Assembly: GCA_902494875.1 (NCBI GenBank)
Contig: CABUUO010000002.1
Coordinates: 32,547-96,546, forward strand
Direction: 5' to 3'
DNA from: an uncultured Pseudomonadota bacterium
Lineage (GTDB): Bacteria; Pseudomonadota; Alphaproteobacteria; RF32; CAG-239
Length of the DNA: 64,000 bases
Shown: positions 58,903 through 64,000 of the stretch, piece after piece
How positions within the stretch are numbered: the first letter of the stretch is position 1
How the letters are laid out: every line of letters starts with the position of its first letter
The notes under the pieces: generated by a model
Seen by the model: only the letters and a program-made list of their open reading frames with translations
Told to the model about the DNA's origin: nothing
Database searches by the model: none
Made by a program: the position numbers and the translations under genes

Positions 58903-60900
58903 ATGAAAAAAACGGAAATTTCTTCCGAAGAAATTGAAGTCATTCGGAACAGTGCGCCTTATCGGGAATTTGTCAAGGCGCACCCCGATGCTTCGCCGGA
59001 AAAATTTATTGAAGAACAGATCAAAGATCTTCAAGGGTATTTGTTTAAGAAAAAATATAACCGCGCGTTGACGCCGCTGCAACATTATTTATCGCTCGGA
59101 TCCGCCCGACGTCAGGAACTGCTGGCGGAATGGGGCGCTTCTGCATCTGCGGTTGCGGACAACGTGCGGACGGATGAAGCGCCAAACAGTCCGGCCGAAG
59201 AAAAAAACATGACCGACAGAGAGAAAACGGAAGAAAAAAGCAGTGCTGAACATCCGCTGCCGGCGGAACATAACAACCAAAAAGAAAAAGAGAAAGCGCC
59301 GCGACAGGAAATTCGCCGTTATCTGAAAATGGATCCGGCCGAACTGCTGGTTAATGCATTTGATTATGTCGTTGATGACAAAGGTTACATTTTGGCCGCG
59401 GACAAACCGATGGTTCTACGGTTGTGGAACAATGAAAAATTCCGCACCGGATGGGATAATTTCATTCAAAAAGTCGAAAATGCCGAAATTGCCCTGCCCC
59501 GCTCAAAGCTTTATACGGCGGCAGTCGCGTATATTTGTGAACGGTTGGGCAGAGAACAGGCGCCGAAAGAACATTTGCAGGCTGACCGCCTTATTGATTT
59601 TTCAACCGACAGGCTGCTTAAGGACTTGGCGGAAAACATTCCCGAACTGGCTCGGGACAAAGACGGCAATACACCGGAAAACCGCCAGAGAATCGTCGAT
59701 TTTATGCGTTTTACGGAAAGCGGCAAAAAAAGCCGCGAGGCGATAAGGAACAAGGACTGGGATTTTCTGCGCAAAGAATACATCCGGTTTCCGAAAGTCC
59801 CGACGCAGATTTTATTTAACATATACCAAAACCAGCTGCAAAAAGAGCAAAATGACGAACATTTCAACTATCTGCTGGAAAAATTTACTGCCGATTCCGA
59901 TGACAAGGAAAGGCTTCTTGTTCTGTTGAAAGCCGTATACAAAGACGATGCCGGCCATGGCGGCGACCGTGCCGAAATGTTGCGCCGGATTATCCTCATG
60001 CGTTTTGAAGACATCCGCCGCGGAAAATGGAAAATAAGCAACGATGACGAACTGAAAGCGATCGAAGACTTCATCAGGGCGGAAAAAGAAAGAAATGCAG
60101 ATTTTGCCGCCAAGCTTGAAATTAATCAGGCAATAGCAAATTACAAAAAGAAAAAGGCAGAGAAACCGGTGCCGGAGGAAGCGGAAGACACGGCAGCAGT
60201 CATCGTGCGCGAAGGTATTGCCGCAAAAGGCGATGAATCGCCACAAGCGGCAAAGCCGGTTTCAACAGAGTGTACCGAAGCGGCGGCAGAGGCCGAAACC
60301 ACCGGCAAACCAGAGCATCTTTCCACAGAAGAAAAGGCGGAAACAAAAGCCGTCAAAACGGCCTCCGAAGCTTCAGACGCCCATGAAAGCTCAGATGACC
60401 AAGCTACTGCCGTCTGGCAGAAAAAAACCGTTCTCTCATGGAAAAAATGGGCGCAAAAAAATGACAAGACCGTTGCGGAATATGTGCCGGAAGAAGATCC
60501 GCAGGCTCTGGGTATAAAAATATACAAGGACGAAGCCGCCCAAAAAGCCGAACAGGCCGAAACGGACATTTTATATAAGAACCCGAAAGAAATCGTCGTT
60601 ACCGGAAAAACCGACGTCAGCCTTTTTGAAAACATTGTTGCCGAAGCCAAGAAAAACAGTCCGGAAATTAAGTTCGGCGAGATAAAATCTCCTGACTTCA
60701 AAGCCAAATTATGGCTGGCCTGCCTGCGGGACAAAGATATTAAAATTATTGATGCACCCAAAATAAAAGACTTGCAGGGCGCCGATCCGGCGATTGTCGA
60801 GGAAATAAAAAAAATCAAAGCCGAGAGATACAAACATTATACGGAAACCAAAAACAAGAAAGACAAAACCGTTCCGATGCCTCAGAGAGACGGCCGCTGA
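58903..60900 (+). CDS. Large hypothetical protein (665 aa), Lys/Glu-rich
   Basis: Uninterrupted ORF 12 bp after the giant gene. No recognisable domain. The terminator at 60917-60945 follows it. Confidence 0.45.
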   Translation: MKKTEISSEEIEVIRNSAPYREFVKAHPDASPEKFIEEQIKDLQGYLFKKKYNRALTPLQHYLSLGSARRQELLAEWGASASAVADNVRTDEAPNSPAEEKNMTDREKTEEKSSAEHPLPAEHNNQKEKEKAPRQEIRRYLKMDPAELLVNAFDYVVDDKGYILAADKPMVLRLWNNEKFRTGWDNFIQKVENAEIALPRSKLYTAAVAYICERLGREQAPKEHLQADRLIDFSTDRLLKDLAENIPELARDKDGNTPENRQRIVDFMRFTESGKKSREAIRNKDWDFLRKEYIRFPKVPTQILFNIYQNQLQKEQNDEHFNYLLEKFTADSDDKERLLVLLKAVYKDDAGHGGDRAEMLRRIILMRFEDIRRGKWKISNDDELKAIEDFIRAEKERNADFAAKLEINQAIANYKKKKAEKPVPEEAEDTAAVIVREGIAAKGDESPQAAKPVSTECTEAAAEAETTGKPEHLSTEEKAETKAVKTASEASDAHESSDDQATAVWQKKTVLSWKKWAQKNDKTVAEYVPEEDPQALGIKIYKDEAAQKAEQAETDILYKNPKEIVVTGKTDVSLFENIVAEAKKNSPEIKFGEIKSPDFKAKLWLACLRDKDIKIIDAPKIKDLQGADPAIVEEIKKIKAERYKHYTETKNKKDKTVPMPQRDGR

Positions 60901-60916
60901 ATCTTCATCTTGCAAT

Positions 60917-60945
60917 AAAAAACCCCGTCATATGACGGGGTTTTT
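60917..60945. terminator. Rho-independent terminator (serves the 665-aa gene; also lies downstream of dnaK on the other strand)
   Basis: aaaaaaccccgtca-tatg-acggggttttt. Confidence 0.65.
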
Positions 60946-60962
60946 CCGTAACGAAAGATTGT

Positions 60963-62873
60963 TTACTTCACTTCTTCAAAGTCAGCATCAACGACTTTTT
61001 CGTCTTTCGGCTGCTCTGCGGAAGCTCCGGCTTCAGGACCTGCGGCGCCTTGGGTTCCGGCCGCACCTTCTGCCTGTTTGTACATAGCTTCGCCAAGCTT
61101 CATGGAAGCCTGCATCAAACTTTCGGTCTTGGCTTTGATATTGCTCAAATCATCGCCTTCCAGAGCGGATTTCAGAGTTTTGATTTCTTCTTCAATTTTG
61201 CTCTTTTCAGCCGGGCTCAGCTTGTCACCGTGTTCTTTGAGCGTTTTCTCGGTGCTCAAGACCAAAGATTCACCCTGGTTTTTGGCTTCAACCAATTCCT
61301 TGCGCTTTTTATCGGCTTCGGCATTGGCTTCGGCATCCTTAACCATCTTTTCGATATCGGCATCGGACAAGCCGCCGGAAGCCTGAATGCGAATGGTCTG
61401 TTCTTTGTTGGTCGCCTTATCTTTAGCCGAAACGTTGACAATGCCGTTGGCGTCAATATCAAAGGTTACTTCAATCTGCGGCATACCGCGCGGTGCAGGG
61501 GGAATACCGACCAAATCGAACTGGCCAAGCAGCTTGTTGTCCGCAGCCATTTCGCGTTCGCCTTGGAAAACACGAATGGTTACGGCACTCTGACCGTCTT
61601 CGGCAGTTGAAAAAACCTGAGACTTACGGGTCGGAATGGTGGTGTTGCGGTCAATCAGGCGCGTAAAGACACCGCCCAACGTTTCAATACCCAGAGACAG
61701 CGGGGTAACGTCCAGCAGCAATACGTCTTTCACATCGCCCATCAGAACACCGCCCTGAATGGCGGCACCGACGGCAACGACTTCATCGGGGTTAACGCCT
61801 TTGTGCGGCTCTTTACCGAAAATTTCCTTTACCTTTTCCTGAACTTTCGGCATACGGGTCATACCGCCGACCAGAATAACTTCGCTGATTTCGTTGGCTT
61901 TCAGACCGGCATCGGCCAAAGCTTTTTTGCAGGGCTCGACGGTTCTTTCAATCAAATCGCCGACCAAGTCTTCCAGTTTGGCACGGGTCAGTTTGATGTT
62001 CAGGTGTTTCGGACCGGTTGCATCAGCCGTAATAAACGGCAGATTGATTTCGGTCTGAGTGGTTGAAGACAATTCGATTTTGGCTTTTTCGGCCGCCTCT
62101 TTCAAGCGCTGCAAAGCCAGACGGTCATTTTTCAGATCAATACCGGATTCTTTTTTAAATTCTTCAACCAAGTAGTCCAAAATACGACGGTCAAAGTCTT
62201 CACCGCCGAGGAAAGTATCGCCGTTGGTGGATTTTACTTCAAAAACGCCGTCACCGATTTCCAAAATGGAAATATCAAAGGTACCGCCGCCAAGGTCATA
62301 AACGGCAATGGTGCCGGAAGCCTTTTTATCCATACCATAAGCCAAAGCCGCAGCCGTCGGCTCGTTAATGATACGCAAAACGTCAAGACCGGCAATTTTA
62401 CCGGCATCTTTAGTGGCTTGGCGCTGGGAATCGTTAAAATATGCCGGAACGGTAATGACGGCTTTTTCAATTTTCTCGCCAAGATAACTTTCGGCATATT
62501 CTTTAATCTTTTGCAAAACAATTGCCGAAATCTGCGAAGGCGCATATTTTTGGCCTTTGACTTCGACCCAGGCATCACCGTTGTCACCTTCAACAATTTT
62601 ATAAGGAACGATGTTTTTGTCTTTGCTGACTTCCGGCGAATCAAAACGACGGCCGATCAACCTTTTAATGGCAAACAGCGTGTTTTCCGGGTTGGTTACG
62701 GCCTGACGTTTGGCCGGAAAGCCGACCAGGCGCTCCGTATCCGTAAAGGCAACCATTGAAGGGGTAGTTCTGGCACCTTCAGAGTTTTCCAAAACCTTAG
62801 CTTCTCCGCCTTCCATTACGGCAAAGCAGGAGTTGGTGGTACCAAGGTCAATACCGATTACTTTATTGCTCAT
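60963..62873 (-). CDS. dnaK: Chaperone protein DnaK (Hsp70)
   Basis: [19 protein letters not shown] and the C-terminal EEVK-type tail. 636 aa. Confidence 0.95.
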   Translation of the reverse strand: MSNKVIGIDLGTTNSCFAVMEGGEAKVLENSEGARTTPSMVAFTDTERLVGFPAKRQAVTNPENTLFAIKRLIGRRFDSPEVSKDKNIVPYKIVEGDNGDAWVEVKGQKYAPSQISAIVLQKIKEYAESYLGEKIEKAVITVPAYFNDSQRQATKDAGKIAGLDVLRIINEPTAAALAYGMDKKASGTIAVYDLGGGTFDISILEIGDGVFEVKSTNGDTFLGGEDFDRRILDYLVEEFKKESGIDLKNDRLALQRLKEAAEKAKIELSSTTQTEINLPFITADATGPKHLNIKLTRAKLEDLVGDLIERTVEPCKKALADAGLKANEISEVILVGGMTRMPKVQEKVKEIFGKEPHKGVNPDEVVAVGAAIQGGVLMGDVKDVLLLDVTPLSLGIETLGGVFTRLIDRNTTIPTRKSQVFSTAEDGQSAVTIRVFQGEREMAADNKLLGQFDLVGIPPAPRGMPQIEVTFDIDANGIVNVSAKDKATNKEQTIRIQASGGLSDADIEKMVKDAEANAEADKKRKELVEAKNQGESLVLSTEKTLKEHGDKLSPAEKSKIEEEIKTLKSALEGDDLSNIKAKTESLMQASMKLGEAMYKQAEGAAGTQGAAGPEAGASAEQPKDEKVVDADFEEVK

Positions 62874-62994
62874 ATTTTTATTTCCTTTTGTTATAAACTT
62901 ATATCTAAAATCTTTCTATAAGCTTATATAGGGAGACAAAACGAGCTATGCAAGTCTGCAAGACTAAATTTTGCAATTTTTTTGGAAACGGCGT

Positions 62995-64000
62995 TTAATA
63001 TTTGGTGCGGCCGGAAATTTCATAACCGGTATAACCGTCAACCACAGAATTGGCAAAAGCAAAATCCGTCGAATTAACGGCATGGACACGATAAAGCGTT
63101 TCTCCCTGTTCTACGCGATCGCCGACCTTTTTCAACAAATCAAGCCCAGCACCCGGATATTGCGCCGCGCCGGCCAACACGCCGATGCGGTTGATGCGTT
63201 CGTTGTCTATGCTTTCCACCACACCGCTGATGTTGGATACGATATCGCGAGTCAGATGTCCCAACTGCGGCTGCGGCGCCTTGCCCTGAGCATGAATAAT
63301 CTTGTTAATGGCTTCCAGCGCGCGACCGGACGACAGAATTTCCTTGGCGACATGATATCCCTGTCCGCCGCGGAGTTTAGGATCAAACTCCAAGATACGG
63401 CCGGCCAGAAAAAGCGACTTTTCTTTCAAGTCCTGCGGCGCATCTTCCTTATTGCGCAAAACCTTCATAACGTCTCTGGCTTCCAGAACCGCGCCGACGC
63501 CGTTGCCAATCGGTTCGCTGCCGTCGGTAATGACTGCGTCAATTTCAATGGAAAGCATATCCCCGACATATTCTATCAGTTTGCGCAGGCGCATGGCTTC
63601 GCCGGTGCGTTTAATACGGGAATTGGGACCAACCGGAATGTCTATGACCAAATGGGTTACGCCGGCGGCCAGCTTGATGGCCAGAATAGAAGCGGCAATA
63701 TGGTGAAGCTGAGTCAGACCGATGTTGCGTTCAACCGAAGACACCAATTTGTTGGCCGCAGCGATGGACAGGCCTTCATAATTGACAATGGCGCCGCGGT
63801 TTTCCTTAATCAGGCGTTTCAAATCCGCTTCATCCAAATCTACATTGGCCAAAACCGCCATAGTATCCGCCACGCCGGCGCAGGACGTCAGCGAACGGGA
63901 AGCTGTTTTGGGCATCGGCAAACCATAGGCCGAAACAATCGCGGTAATGATGATGTCGGTCTTGTTGCCGGGAACGCCTCCCAGGCAATGGTGGTCAACC
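62995..64000 (-). CDS. Thymidine/AMP phosphorylase family protein (glycosyltransferase family 3), C-terminal part; the N-terminus lies beyond the window end
   Basis: The frame stays open to the window edge. Its regions resemble the pyrimidine-nucleoside phosphorylase core and C-terminal domain. Confidence 0.65.
   Translation of the reverse strand, partial: VDHHCLGGVPGNKTDIIITAIVSAYGLPMPKTASRSLTSCAGVADTMAVLANVDLDEADLKRLIKENRGAIVNYEGLSIAAANKLVSSVERNIGLTQLHHIAASILAIKLAAGVTHLVIDIPVGPNSRIKRTGEAMRLRKLIEYVGDMLSIEIDAVITDGSEPIGNGVGAVLEARDVMKVLRNKEDAPQDLKEKSLFLAGRILEFDPKLRGGQGYHVAKEILSSGRALEAINKIIHAQGKAPQPQLGHLTRDIVSNISGVVESIDNERINRIGVLAGAAQYPGAGLDLLKKVGDRVEQGETLYRVHAVNSTDFAFANSVVDGYTGYEISGRTKY

Overview
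The window is a gene-dense bacterial segment of about 49% GC, most likely from a proteobacterium. Housekeeping genes recognised from the translations are rpsA, cmk, tsf, rpsB, parE, rsmE, dnaJ, dnaK, gpt and five tRNA genes. A likely host-associated lifestyle is suggested by an ankyrin-repeat gene, two very large unrecognisable proteins, an MliC lysozyme inhibitor and many secreted or lipoproteins.

- **Positions 1-12.3 kb:** a type IVb pilus locus of the R64 thin-pilus / Bfp / Tcp kind. It contains a lipoprotein secretin, assembly proteins, an assembly ATPase, a platform protein, three pilin-like paralogs, a sulfatase-family membrane transferase and a PilT-like ATPase.
- **13.3-16.4 kb:** a vWA / PP2C phosphatase / membrane Ser-Thr kinase module that looks like E. 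coli yegL-yegK-yegI.
- **19.7-27.6 kb:** glucan and sugar metabolism genes, with tRNA-Arg(CCT) in the middle. These are a GH13 hydrolase, a PfkB kinase, a porin, 4-alpha-glucanotransferase and a maltokinase-like kinase.
- **27.7-36 kb:** tRNA-Ser, flavoprotein and phosphatase genes, an MFS sugar porter, a cbpA-like J-protein and several small secreted proteins, two of them Tyr/His-rich.
- **36-48 kb:** cmk and rpsA with an ankyrin gene inserted between them, rsmE, a LuxR-type regulator with an Hpt protein and an unusual methyltransferase, tsf, rpsB and parE.
- **48.5-49.1 kb:** two tRNA-Ala genes, followed by a tandem duplication of the 3' end of the second tRNA plus 108 bp of flank.
- **52.8-62.9 kb:** the dnaK-dnaJ pair is separated by a 6.9 kb opposite-strand insertion encoding proteins of 1562 and 665 aa. 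This is the most unusual feature of the window.

A roughly 200 bp repeat of the kind seen in small non-autonomous mobile elements occurs twice, at 9.57 kb and 43.27 kb. No CRISPR array or rRNA gene was seen. All calls rest on reading the supplied translations and the raw sequence; no database search was run.
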